Shown here piece after piece: positions 38,663 through 47,452 of a DNA stretch of 64,000 nucleotides. Each line of letters starts with the position of its first letter. Within the stretch, counting starts at the first letter, position 1. Under the pieces are notes generated by a model. That model saw nothing but the letters and a program-made list of their open reading frames with translations. It was not told the origin of the DNA and searched no databases. The position numbers were made by a program, and so were the translations under genes. Source of the DNA: Gemmatimonadota bacterium (GTDB taxonomy: Bacteria > Gemmatimonadota > Gemmatimonadetes > Gemmatimonadales > Gemmatimonadaceae); contig JBDTXN010000002.1 in assembly GCA_040006175.1 (NCBI GenBank), positions 138 through 64,137 of the forward strand, read 5' to 3'.

Positions 38663-39835
38663 CTAGTATTTCGGAAGGCTCGGATCGACTTCGTCGCTCC
38701 AGCGAGTGATGCCGCCGGCGAGATTCCAGACTTTCTTGAATCCTGACGCCTGCAGCTGCTGCACGGCCTTCGCGCTGCGCGCGCCGACCTTGCAGTGCAC
38801 GATGATGTCACGCGCGCTGTCCAGCGTGGGAAGTGCCTCGATCACGGTGGCGAGCGGGATGAGGCGTGCGCCCGGCAGGCGCGCGATATCCCACTCGTGC
38901 GGCTCGCGCACATCGATGAGGTCGAAGTCATCCCCGCGAGCGATCCGCGCCGCGAGCTGCTTGGGCGTGATCTCCGGAACTCCGCTCTGTGCGGCGGCAT
39001 CCGCAGCGGCAGCCTGGCGCACGCCGCAGAACTCCTCGTAATCGATGAGCTCCGTGATCTCGTGCGTGCCGCACGCCGGGCACTGGGGATCCTTGCGCAG
39101 GTTGAGCGTGCGGAAGTTCATGCGCAGGGCGTCCACGAGCAGCAGGCGGCCGGCAAGGCTTTCGCCGATGCCGAGTATGAGCTTGAGTGCTTCGGTCGTC
39201 TGTATGGTGCCGATGATCCCCGGCAGCACCCCGAGCACGCCACCCTCGGCGCAGCTCGGCACGAGTCCCGGGGGCGGAGGCTCGCGGAAGAGGCAGCGGT
39301 AGCACGGCCCATCCGCGGTCGCGAACACGGATGCCTGACCTTCGAAGCGGTAAATGCTCCCGTACACGTTCGGCTTGCCGAGCAGCACGCAGGCGTCGTT
39401 TACGAGATAGCGCGTCTGGAAGTTATCGGTGCCATCGACGACGAGGTCGTACGTTCTGATGATCTCCAGTGCATTGCGCGACGTGAGCGGCGTCTCGTGC
39501 GCCTCGACCTTTACGTTCGGGTTGAGATCCTCGATGCGCTCGCGCGCGGAGTCGAGCTTGCGCTTGCCGATCGTGCTCGTGCCGTGGAGAATCTGGCGCT
39601 GCAGATTCGTGGCATCGACGACATCGAAGTCCACGAGCCCGAGCGTGCCGACGCCGGCCGCCGCGAGATAGAGCGCGGCGGGGGAGCCGAGCCCGCCCAC
39701 ACCAACCAGCAGCACACGCGCGCGCTTGAGCTTCCTCTGCCCTTCCAGCCCGACCTCGGGAAGAATGAGGTGTCGGCTGTAGCGGAAGATCTCTTCGTTC
39801 GAGAGCTCGGCCGCGGCGGACGCTGTGGTCGACAT
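38663..39835 (-). CDS. moeZ: MoeZ-type adenylyltransferase/sulfurtransferase (ThiF/MoeB domain + rhodanese)
   Basis: ATG at 39835, 4 nt after the carrier-gene stop. RYSRHLILPEVG, VGVGGLGS, the CYRC and CPAC zinc pairs, and the rhodanese active site HCKVGARS. Confidence 0.9.
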   Translation of the reverse strand: MSTTASAAAELSNEEIFRYSRHLILPEVGLEGQRKLKRARVLLVGVGGLGSPAALYLAAAGVGTLGLVDFDVVDATNLQRQILHGTSTIGKRKLDSARERIEDLNPNVKVEAHETPLTSRNALEIIRTYDLVVDGTDNFQTRYLVNDACVLLGKPNVYGSIYRFEGQASVFATADGPCYRCLFREPPPPGLVPSCAEGGVLGVLPGIIGTIQTTEALKLILGIGESLAGRLLLVDALRMNFRTLNLRKDPQCPACGTHEITELIDYEEFCGVRQAAAADAAAQSGVPEITPKQLAARIARGDDFDLIDVREPHEWDIARLPGARLIPLATVIEALPTLDSARDIIVHCKVGARSAKAVQQLQASGFKKVWNLAGGITRWSDEVDPSLPKY

Positions 39836-39839
39836 CGGA

Positions 39840-40112
39840 TCAGCCTCCGGCAATTGCGGGAACGATCGTGAGCTCATCACCATCCTTCACGGGCGACTTG
39901 AAGCTGCCGGTGAAGCGGATGTCCTCGTCGTTCAGATAGAAGGTGACGAACGCGTAGGGGTCACCCTTCTCGTCGCGCAGGCGCGGTGCGAGATCGGGAT
40001 AGCGGCCGGCGATGTTCTCGACGACCTGGCCGACCGTGTCGCCCTCACTCTTGAGCGTGCCGCTGTCGGCGAGGCGAGCGAGAACCGTGGGAAGAAAAAG
40101 TGTGACTGCCAT
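39840..40112 (-). CDS. ThiS/MoaD/CysO-family ubiquitin-like sulfur carrier protein
   Basis: ATG at 40112 (MAVTLFLPTV...). 90 aa ending ...ELTIVPAIAGG directly followed by the stop. The upstream part of ORF 39840..40361 overlaps the aminotransferase 3' end. Confidence 0.8.
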   Translation of the reverse strand: MAVTLFLPTVLARLADSGTLKSEGDTVGQVVENIAGRYPDLAPRLRDEKGDPYAFVTFYLNDEDIRFTGSFKSPVKDGDELTIVPAIAGG

Positions 40113-40152
40113 ACGACCCCTCGAGCGAAAGTAGTGCGAACGTGGATGCGAG

Positions 40153-41364
40153 TTACGAAGCGAGTGCGGTGAAGCATTCGTGCACGAGCGTGAGCGCGCG
40201 GTCGAGATCGGCGCGCCCCGTCGCGAACGAGAGGCGCAGATATCCCTCGCCGGCGGCACCGAAGGCAGTGCCGGGGAGAAGCGCGACGCCGTATTCCTTG
40301 AGCAGCCTGGATGCGAGCTGCGCGGCGGTGATGCCGGCCGCCTGCGTGATTGCGGAAACATCCGGGAATGCGTAGAACGCGCCAGCCGGCGCCGCGATGC
40401 GGACGCCAGGGATGGCGGCGAGCCGCTCGGACACGAGCTGACGGCGCGCGGTGAACTCTGCGATCATCGCGCGCAGCGGTTCCTGCGTTCCCTCCAGCGC
40501 GGCAATCCCGGCGCGCTGCACGAATGCCGGGACGCAGGCGTGATCGTTGAGCGCGAGAAGCGCGAAGCGCGGGGCGAGCGGAGTGGGGAGCAGGCCGTAG
40601 CCGAGCCGCCAGCCGGTCATCGCGTAGGCCTTGGAGAATCCGTCCACGAGAATGCAGCGCTCCCGCATGCCGGGAAGCGTGAGGATCGATGGAACGGGCG
40701 AGGTGCCGTAGTCGAAGGGCCGATAGATCTCGTCGATGATGACGATCAGATCGTTCGACTCCGCGAGTTGCGCGAGTGCAGCGAGTCGTCCCGCGTCGAT
40801 CACGCCGCCGGTGGGATTCTGCGGCGAGTTGAGGAAGAGCAGCCGGGTGCGAGAGGTGATCGATGCGGCGATCGCGTCGACATCGGGCGCGAAGTTGCTC
40901 GCGGAGTCGAGGCGGTACGTGACCGGCTTCGCGCCCGCGAAGCGCACCACGGAATCGTAGATCGGATACGCAGGGTCGGGGATGAGCGCCTCATCACCAT
41001 TCTCGAGCAACGCGAGCGCGGCGTAGAGCAGAATCGGCTTCGAGCCCGGAGTGACGACGACATCATCGGGAGCGGCGTGGATGCCGAACGATCCGAGATG
41101 ATTCGTGATCGCGGTGCGGAGCTCGAGAATTCCGCCGGCCGGGCCGTATCTCGTCTCTCCGTTCTGCATGGCGCGCACGGCAGCCTCGACGATGTGCGGT
41201 GCCGTCGGGAAATCAGGCTCGCCGATCTCGAGATGCAGGATGTGCTGCCCTTTCGCCTCCAGCGCACGCGCGCTCGCGAGTACCTCGAAGGCGCCTTCAG
41301 TGCGAAGGCCGTCGATTCGCGATGCGAGCGGAAGCTGAACTGCGGAGAAATTGGCTGATGTCAT
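40153..41364 (-). CDS. Class I/II pyridoxal-phosphate aminotransferase (aspartate aminotransferase-like)
   Basis: ATG at 41364. LEIGEPDFPTAP, NSPQNPTG, and the PLP-lysine motif SFSKAYAMTGWRLGY. Confidence 0.85.
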   Translation of the reverse strand: MTSANFSAVQLPLASRIDGLRTEGAFEVLASARALEAKGQHILHLEIGEPDFPTAPHIVEAAVRAMQNGETRYGPAGGILELRTAITNHLGSFGIHAAPDDVVVTPGSKPILLYAALALLENGDEALIPDPAYPIYDSVVRFAGAKPVTYRLDSASNFAPDVDAIAASITSRTRLLFLNSPQNPTGGVIDAGRLAALAQLAESNDLIVIIDEIYRPFDYGTSPVPSILTLPGMRERCILVDGFSKAYAMTGWRLGYGLLPTPLAPRFALLALNDHACVPAFVQRAGIAALEGTQEPLRAMIAEFTARRQLVSERLAAIPGVRIAAPAGAFYAFPDVSAITQAAGITAAQLASRLLKEYGVALLPGTAFGAAGEGYLRLSFATGRADLDRALTLVHECFTALAS

Positions 41365-41385
41365 GGACACGAGAGGTACGGATGC

Positions 41386-41414
41386 AAAAATTCCCGGAGG
41401 GACTGCCACCGGGA
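41386..41414 (-). promoter_or_regulatory. Terminator-like hairpin + U tract in the 5' leader of the aminotransferase/sulfur-carrier operon
   Basis: The minus strand reads TCCCGG-tggcagtccct-CCGGGA-A-TTTTT. It ends 21 nt before the ATG at 41364. No upstream co-directional gene exists that it could terminate. Confidence 0.3.
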
Positions 41415-41601
41415 GGTTCGCGTTTTAGCATTTGTTTAACGTGGCTGCAATAGGCGGCAAATTACCACGGGCGCTTCGATTGTGAATTCAGGTTAGCATC
41501 TCGAAGACGCGTCGTCAAGGGAAGAGTTTGCGATGCGAGGCGCCGTAGAGCATCTTGGGCTCGCAGAGCACATTGCATACAACACCTCATGCCAAGGTCG
41601 A

Positions 41602-42762
41602 ATGGCCGAGCCCGACGTCGCGACGACGCAGGGAATGGAGCGGACGCTCTCGCGGGAGCACTACCTCTCGCCCGAGATCTTCGCCCTCGAAAAGGAGCGC
41701 ATCTTCCTCCGCGAATGGTTCTACGCGGGCCGCGAAGAAGACGTCGCGACGCCCGGCAGCTACCTCGTGGTGGACGTCGCAGGCGAGAGCGTGCTCGTCG
41801 TCCGCACCCGCGAAGGTGAGCTCCGTGCCTACTATAATGTATGCCGCCACCGCGGCTGCCAGCTCGTGCTCACCGGAACCGACAGCACGGGATGCGCGCC
41901 CGAGCTCGCGGGCTCGTTCGGCAGCGGTATCAAGTGCCCGTATCACGCGTGGACGTACACGCTCGACGGCGCACTCCGCACTGCACCGTATCTCGACGAA
42001 GGAGCCGGCATTCGCAAGGATGAGCTCTCGCTGCACCCTGTGGGAATCGACACCTGGGGCGGATTCTTCTTTCTGCATCTCACCCCGCGTGAGGCACATG
42101 CGGGCGGCCACACGCTCGCCGCTCAGATCGGCGACGCCGCCACCCGCCTCGCGAACTATCCACTCGCCGATCTCCGCCGCGTGAAGCGAATCACGTACGA
42201 GATCGCCGCGAACTGGAAGGTGATGCTCGAGAACTACAACGAGTGCTATCACTGTGCGGGCGTGCATCCCGAGCTGTGCAAGGTCGTTCCGTCATTCAAG
42301 GTGCGCGGCGGATCGAATCTCAACTGGGAGCGCGGGATCGAGCACGCCGACGGCGCGTGGACGTTCACGCACAGCGGCACCAGCGCACGCGATCCATTCC
42401 CGGGGCTCAACGTCGACGAGCGCGTGCGGCACAAGGGTGAGCTCACCTATCCGAATTTCATGATCAGTCTCTCCGCGGATCACGTTGCCGCATTCACGGT
42501 GTGGCCGCGCAGTGCCGAGCACACGACGATCGACTGCGACTTCCTCTTTCATCCGAACGAGATCGCGAAGCCCGGCTTCGATCCCTCCGACGCCGTCGAC
42601 TTCTGGGATCTCGTGAACCGCCAGGACTGGGCGATCTGCGAGGGAGTGCAGCGCGGAATGCGCAGCCGCATGTTCGACTCCGGCTTCTACGCGCCAATGG
42701 AGAGCTTCAGTCTCGACATTCGCCGCTATGTCGGCGAGCGCCTGGGGAGGAAGCCGACGTGA
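41602..42762 (+). CDS. Rieske [2Fe-2S] non-heme iron oxygenase, alpha-subunit-only type
   Basis: ATG at 41602. Rieske motif CRHRGCQL...CPYHAWTY. Mononuclear iron motif NYNECYHCAGVHPEL. Confidence 0.85.
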   Translation: MAEPDVATTQGMERTLSREHYLSPEIFALEKERIFLREWFYAGREEDVATPGSYLVVDVAGESVLVVRTREGELRAYYNVCRHRGCQLVLTGTDSTGCAPELAGSFGSGIKCPYHAWTYTLDGALRTAPYLDEGAGIRKDELSLHPVGIDTWGGFFFLHLTPREAHAGGHTLAAQIGDAATRLANYPLADLRRVKRITYEIAANWKVMLENYNECYHCAGVHPELCKVVPSFKVRGGSNLNWERGIEHADGAWTFTHSGTSARDPFPGLNVDERVRHKGELTYPNFMISLSADHVAAFTVWPRSAEHTTIDCDFLFHPNEIAKPGFDPSDAVDFWDLVNRQDWAICEGVQRGMRSRMFDSGFYAPMESFSLDIRRYVGERLGRKPT

Positions 42763-42769
42763 GCTCCCG

Positions 42770-43936
42770 GTGAAGCGCGACTACGAATACATCATCCTCG
42801 GGCTCGGCGGTCTCGGAAGCGGCGCGGCGTACTGGCTGTCGCGCAACGCGGGCGCGGAGGTGCTCGGGATCGAGCAGTTCGAGCTCGGACACGTGCGCGG
42901 CGAGTCGCAGGATCACTCGCGCATCATCCGCCTCTCCTATCACACGCCGGAGTACGTGGAGCTCGCGAAGCTCGCCTACGATGCGTGGAACACGCTCCAG
43001 CGCGAGAGCGGCGACCAGGTGTGGCTCAAGACCGGCGGCCTCGACTTCGCGCGGCACGACTCGAAGATCCCGCTCGACGCCTACCGCGACTCGATGACCG
43101 CGTGCGACGTCGCTTACGAGGACATCGGCGCGGACGAGATCATGAAGCGGTGGCCGCAGTTCACGCTGCGCGATGACATCCAGGGACTCTACCAGGAGCA
43201 GAGCGGAATCGCGATGGCCGCACGCGCGAATGCGGCGCACCAGAAGATGGCCCGCGCGAACGGCGCGACGCTCATCGACAACACACCCGTCACCAACATT
43301 GCGACGAGCGGCAACGAGGTGACGGTGGAGACGCCGAAGGGCACATTCACCTGCAGGAAGCTCGTGATCGCCGCCGGCCCCTGGTCGAATCGCGCGCTTG
43401 GCTCTCTCGGCGTCGAGCTTCCGCTCGAGATCACGCGCGAGCAGGTGACGTACTTCGCGGCGCCCAACCCTCGGGACTTCGCGCCGGACAGATTTCCGGT
43501 GTGGATCTGGATGGACGATCCCTGCTTCTATGGATTCCCCACGTTCGGAGAGGCGGGTCCCAAGGCGGCGCAGGATGCGGGCGGTAAGCCGGTGACGGCG
43601 GACACGCGCGACTTCGAGGTGGAGCCTGAGAATCTGCGAGGCGTACAGGACTTTCTCTCGCGCTACATCCCCGGCGCGCTCGGGCCGATCATTTACACGA
43701 AGACCTGCCTCTACACGCTGACGCCGGATCGGGACTTCGTGATCGACACGGTGCCCGGTCACGACAACGTCGTCGTCGCAGTCGGTGCGGGGCACGCGTT
43801 CAAATTCGCGTCGCAGATCGGACGACTCCTCTCGGAGCTCGCGATCGACGGCGAGTCGACGATCGATCTCACCTCGTTCGCGCTCGACCGGCCGATCCTC
43901 ACGATGAAGAATCCTCCAAAGAACTACATGCAGTGA
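42770..43936 (+). CDS. Monomeric sarcosine oxidase / N-methyl amino acid oxidase family flavoprotein
   Basis: GTG at 42770, 7 nt after the Rieske gene stop. YEYIILGLGGLGSGAAYWL is the FAD fold. KTCLYTLTPDRDFVID matches the covalent-FAD Cys region of the MSOX/MTOX family. Confidence 0.8.
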   Translation: MKRDYEYIILGLGGLGSGAAYWLSRNAGAEVLGIEQFELGHVRGESQDHSRIIRLSYHTPEYVELAKLAYDAWNTLQRESGDQVWLKTGGLDFARHDSKIPLDAYRDSMTACDVAYEDIGADEIMKRWPQFTLRDDIQGLYQEQSGIAMAARANAAHQKMARANGATLIDNTPVTNIATSGNEVTVETPKGTFTCRKLVIAAGPWSNRALGSLGVELPLEITREQVTYFAAPNPRDFAPDRFPVWIWMDDPCFYGFPTFGEAGPKAAQDAGGKPVTADTRDFEVEPENLRGVQDFLSRYIPGALGPIIYTKTCLYTLTPDRDFVIDTVPGHDNVVVAVGAGHAFKFASQIGRLLSELAIDGESTIDLTSFALDRPILTMKNPPKNYMQ

Positions 43937-45348
43937 CGGCGGTGGCCGAGGTGAAGCCGGAAGGTCGTTCGGTGCCGGCGCTTCGTCGCGCCATGGGCTT
44001 CCGCGATCTCATCGGATTCTATCTCGTCACCGGCTTCAGCCTCCGCTGGATCGCGCAGGCCGCAGCCGCCGGTCCGAGCTCGGTGGTGATCTGGATCATC
44101 GGCGCGCTCGCGCTCTACGCGCCACTCGTGTTCACCGTGCTCGAGCTCTCGTCGCGGTATCCCGAAGAGGGTGGGCTGTATTCGTGGACGCGACGGGCCT
44201 TCGGCGAATTTCCGGGCTATCTGTCCGGCTATTTCTACTGGTCGTCGAATCTGCCGTACTTCCCGAGCCTCTTCTATTTCACGGCAGCGAACGCGCTCTT
44301 CATCTTCGGGCGAAGCTTCGACGCGCTGCAGAACTGTCCGGCGTACTTCATCATCTTTTCGATGCTGGCGCTGGTTCTGGCCGCAGGGCTCAACGTCGTC
44401 GGCCTGAACATCGGGAAGTGGCTGCACAACCTCGGTGCAGTCGGGCTCTGGGTCCCGGGCATCGTGCTCGTGGGCATGGGCATCACCGCTGGTGTGCTCT
44501 TCGGCTCCGCGACACCCTTCACCCCTCGGTCGTTCGTGCCGAGCACGCATCTCAAGGACATCATCTTCTGGTCGACGATCGCCTTCTCGCTGAGTGGGTT
44601 GGAGAGCGCATCGATGCTCGGAGACGAGATCGAGAATGCGCGCCGCAACATTCCGCGAGCGCTGCTGATCGCCGGCGTGCTGACCACGATTCTGTACATC
44701 GCGGCGACGGTCGCCATGATGCTGGCGCTTCCGCCTCAGGAAATTCAGAACATGCAGGGGATCATCCACGCGATCTCCCTGGTGGCGACGAAGCTGGGCA
44801 TCCCGTGGATCGCGGCGGGAATCGCGCTTCTCATCACATTCGGAGGCCTGGGACAGGCGGGCGCATGGTTCGCGGCGGCGGCTCGCCTGCCGTTCGTGAT
44901 CGGCATCGATCGCCGATTGCCACCATCCTTCGCGAAGATCCATCCGAAATGGGGCACGCCGTATGTCGCGCTGCTCGTGCAGGCGGCGATTGCGGCGGTG
45001 CTCATCTTTGCAGGGCAGGCGGGAACATCGGTGGTGGGCGCGTACAACGTGCTCGTGAGCATGTCCGTGATCGCGTACTTCATACCGTACATGTTCATGT
45101 TCGCAGCGATGATCAAGCTGCAGCGCGAGCCCGCCGGCGCGGAGGTGATCCGCGTGCCTGGTGGAACCCCAGTGGCGATCACACTCGCAGCCATCGGCTT
45201 CATGACGACCACGATCTCAGTCTTGCTCGCGGTGATTCCGGCGGACGACGAGCCGAACAAGCCGCTCGCCGTGATCAAGGTCGTCGGTCTCACGGCGGCG
45301 ATGTTCGCCGTGGGCGTAGGGCTTTATGTCGCGGGCCGGCGGAAATAG
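43933..45348 (+). CDS. APC superfamily amino acid/amine permease
   Basis: GTG start in a GTGA overlap with the preceding stop. About 12 TM helices, ELSSRYPEEGGLYSW motif. Confidence 0.85.
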   Translation: MTAVAEVKPEGRSVPALRRAMGFRDLIGFYLVTGFSLRWIAQAAAAGPSSVVIWIIGALALYAPLVFTVLELSSRYPEEGGLYSWTRRAFGEFPGYLSGYFYWSSNLPYFPSLFYFTAANALFIFGRSFDALQNCPAYFIIFSMLALVLAAGLNVVGLNIGKWLHNLGAVGLWVPGIVLVGMGITAGVLFGSATPFTPRSFVPSTHLKDIIFWSTIAFSLSGLESASMLGDEIENARRNIPRALLIAGVLTTILYIAATVAMMLALPPQEIQNMQGIIHAISLVATKLGIPWIAAGIALLITFGGLGQAGAWFAAAARLPFVIGIDRRLPPSFAKIHPKWGTPYVALLVQAAIAAVLIFAGQAGTSVVGAYNVLVSMSVIAYFIPYMFMFAAMIKLQREPAGAEVIRVPGGTPVAITLAAIGFMTTTISVLLAVIPADDEPNKPLAVIKVVGLTAAMFAVGVGLYVAGRRK

Positions 45349-45389
45349 CTTCCACTGGTCACGTACAACACACGCAGGGGGAAGCTGCA

Positions 45390-46250
45390 ATGAAGATTCT
45401 GGTAGTAGGCGGAACTGGCACGGTCGGTTCCGAAGTCGTGCGTCAGCTCCTGGGCGGCGGAGCGGAGGTGTTCGCCATGACGCGCTCGCCCGAGCATGCG
45501 AGCAAGTTGCCACAAGGCGTGAAAGGCGTAGTAGGCGACCTGATGGATCCGTCCACGCTTGGCGTGTTCCAGGGGATGGAGGCGGTGTTTCTTCTGAATC
45601 CCGTGAGCACCACCGAAGTGTTCGAAGGGCTGCTCGGTGTGAACGGCGCACGCGATGCAGGAGTAAAGCGCATCGTCTATCTCTCCGTTCATAATCTCGA
45701 TCGCGCACCGCACCTGCCACACTTCGGCGGCAAGATCGGCATCGAAGCGGCGGTGATGAAGTCGGGCATGCAATACACGATCGTGCGGCCGAACAACTTT
45801 TACCAGAACGACATCTGGTTCAAGGATGTCATGCTCAACTACGGCGTGTATCCGCAACCGCTCGGCAGCGTCGGTCTCTCACGCGTGGACGTGCGCGACA
45901 TCGCGGAGGTGTCGGTGGCGGCGCTCACCACGGCGGGTCACGACAAGAAGATCTACAATCTGGTGGGACCGGAGCTCGTGACCGGCGAAAGCACTGCCGC
46001 GGACTGGAGTCGCGCGCTGGGCAAGCCGATCAAGTACGCGGGCGATGACATGGACGCATGGGAAGAGCAGAACCGCGCGTATCTCCCGCCGTCGCAGCTC
46101 TACGACTTCAAGCACATGTACTCGTTCTTCCAGAAGGACGGCCTAAAAGGAACGGCAGCGGACGTCGCGCAGCTCACGGAGATCATGGGTCATCCGCCGC
46201 GTGCGTTCGCGGCATATGCGCACGAGATGGCTGCCGCGTGGAAGAGCTGA
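45390..46250 (+). CDS. NmrA-like / NAD(P)H-binding Rossmann protein
   Basis: ATG at 45390 follows AGGGGGA. MKILVVGGTGTVGSEVV. The upstream 400 codons of track ORF 44184..46250 are an off-frame shadow of the permease gene. Confidence 0.8.
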   Translation: MKILVVGGTGTVGSEVVRQLLGGGAEVFAMTRSPEHASKLPQGVKGVVGDLMDPSTLGVFQGMEAVFLLNPVSTTEVFEGLLGVNGARDAGVKRIVYLSVHNLDRAPHLPHFGGKIGIEAAVMKSGMQYTIVRPNNFYQNDIWFKDVMLNYGVYPQPLGSVGLSRVDVRDIAEVSVAALTTAGHDKKIYNLVGPELVTGESTAADWSRALGKPIKYAGDDMDAWEEQNRAYLPPSQLYDFKHMYSFFQKDGLKGTAADVAQLTEIMGHPPRAFAAYAHEMAAAWKS

Positions 46251-46260
46251 CGCGTTGATC

Positions 46261-46299
46261 GTGTGCGACTGACCGTGCATCACGCCGTCAGTCGCGCAC
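46261..46299. terminator. Hairpin between convergent genes (candidate bidirectional terminator, no U tract)
   Basis: GCGACTGAC (46265-46273) pairs perfectly with GTCAGTCGC (46287-46295), with flanking GTGY/GCAC extension. It sits between the NmrA-like stop and the Rieske-2 stop. Confidence 0.35.
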
Positions 46300-46306
46300 G
46301 GTCGCG

Positions 46307-47452
46307 CTAGTCCAGGTCGCCGCCGCCATCGCCGTCGCGGCCGAGTGCGTTGAGCACCTCGCGATCGAACATCACGGAGAGGCTCTCGCGGCTGGAGTAG
46401 GGGCCCGGGCGATAGCCGCGCGAAGCGATACCCGCCTGGCTGATCTCGCAGACGTGCCAGTCCTGGCGATTCGTGAGATCCCAGAACGCGATGCCGTCCT
46501 CCACGTTCCAACTCTCGTCGCGCACGCTGTCCGGATGAAAGAGCCACTCGCAGGTGATGAGTGAGCGGTCCGGCGCTACCGGCGTGACGTAGTGCGCCAT
46601 CACGTAATCCGGGTGGAGGCTCAACAGCATGTTCGGAAAGATCGAGTAGTAGTACACCCGCCTCATGTCGGCTTCATCGAGCTCGCCCACGGGAACGCCG
46701 CACGCCTGCCCGCTCATCGAGAGGCTCTCGTGTTGTTCGTTCATCACCATGTAGCCGCCGAGGAATGGCCCCTCGAAGAGATCGTTCTCGCCGCTGTTGG
46801 AGGGGGTGATCTTCGTGAGTTGCGGATGCACCGGCGAACAGTGGTAACACTCGGAGTAGTTCTGGAAGACGAGCTTCCAGTTCGACTTGACGTCGTACTC
46901 GATGGTGCGCGCGACGGTGAGCTTCGGGAGATTGAAGCGCTCGAAGCGGCCAATCAACGACGCAAACGCAACCTCGAACGGCTCGGGATTCGTGTCGAGA
47001 TTGATCATGAGAAAGCCTTCCCACACAGCGATGGCGACGCTGACCAAGGAGAAATTCTTCCTGTCGAAGCCCGGAATCGAGTCGCTGGTCTGAGCTCCCA
47101 CGAGGCGGCCGTCCAGCGCGTACGTCCACGCATGGTAGGGACACTGGATCGACTCCGAGAACGTTCCCGATGCGGCCTCACACATGCGCGCGCCGCGATG
47201 GCGGCAGCTGTTGTAGTGCGCGCGCACTTCGCCCGACTGATCGCGAAGGACGATGATGCTCTCGTTTCCCATTGTATGCAAAAAATAATCACCCCGGTTC
47301 GGGATCTTCGATTCACGTCCGATGCAGATCCATCGGCGCGCGAAGATGCGCTCGAACTCCTGGGCGAAGAGCTCCGGCGAGGTGAAGAATTCCTGCGGCA
47401 GCGTATGCGCGCCTGCGATCGGGATATCCCGCGTCTTGACGAACGTTGCCAT
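46307..47452 (-). CDS. Rieske [2Fe-2S] non-heme iron oxygenase, alpha-subunit-only type (paralog of 41602..42762)
   Basis: ATG at 47452 (MATFVKTRD...). CRHRGARM...CPYHAWTY and NYSECYHCSPVHPQL. Same domain order as the first Rieske gene. Confidence 0.85.
   Translation of the reverse strand: MATFVKTRDIPIAGAHTLPQEFFTSPELFAQEFERIFARRWICIGRESKIPNRGDYFLHTMGNESIIVLRDQSGEVRAHYNSCRHRGARMCEAASGTFSESIQCPYHAWTYALDGRLVGAQTSDSIPGFDRKNFSLVSVAIAVWEGFLMINLDTNPEPFEVAFASLIGRFERFNLPKLTVARTIEYDVKSNWKLVFQNYSECYHCSPVHPQLTKITPSNSGENDLFEGPFLGGYMVMNEQHESLSMSGQACGVPVGELDEADMRRVYYYSIFPNMLLSLHPDYVMAHYVTPVAPDRSLITCEWLFHPDSVRDESWNVEDGIAFWDLTNRQDWHVCEISQAGIASRGYRPGPYSSRESLSVMFDREVLNALGRDGDGGGDLD

Noticed and set aside
36678-41358. 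Plus-strand ORFs 36678..37895 (405 aa), 38795..39871 (358 aa) and 40180..41358 (392 aa).
   Set aside because: They are antisense to the ABC ATPase, ThrC-like, MoeZ and aminotransferase genes. They show the Arg/Glu/His-rich shadow composition.
41392-41440. The plus-strand string GGAGGGACUG, reminiscent of the SAM-I riboswitch core.
   Set aside because: Only this decamer matches. The flanking P1/P2/P4 elements (AUCAAGAG..., GGUGCCAAUUCC) are absent. The orientation would put it upstream of the Rieske oxygenase gene, which makes no biological sense.
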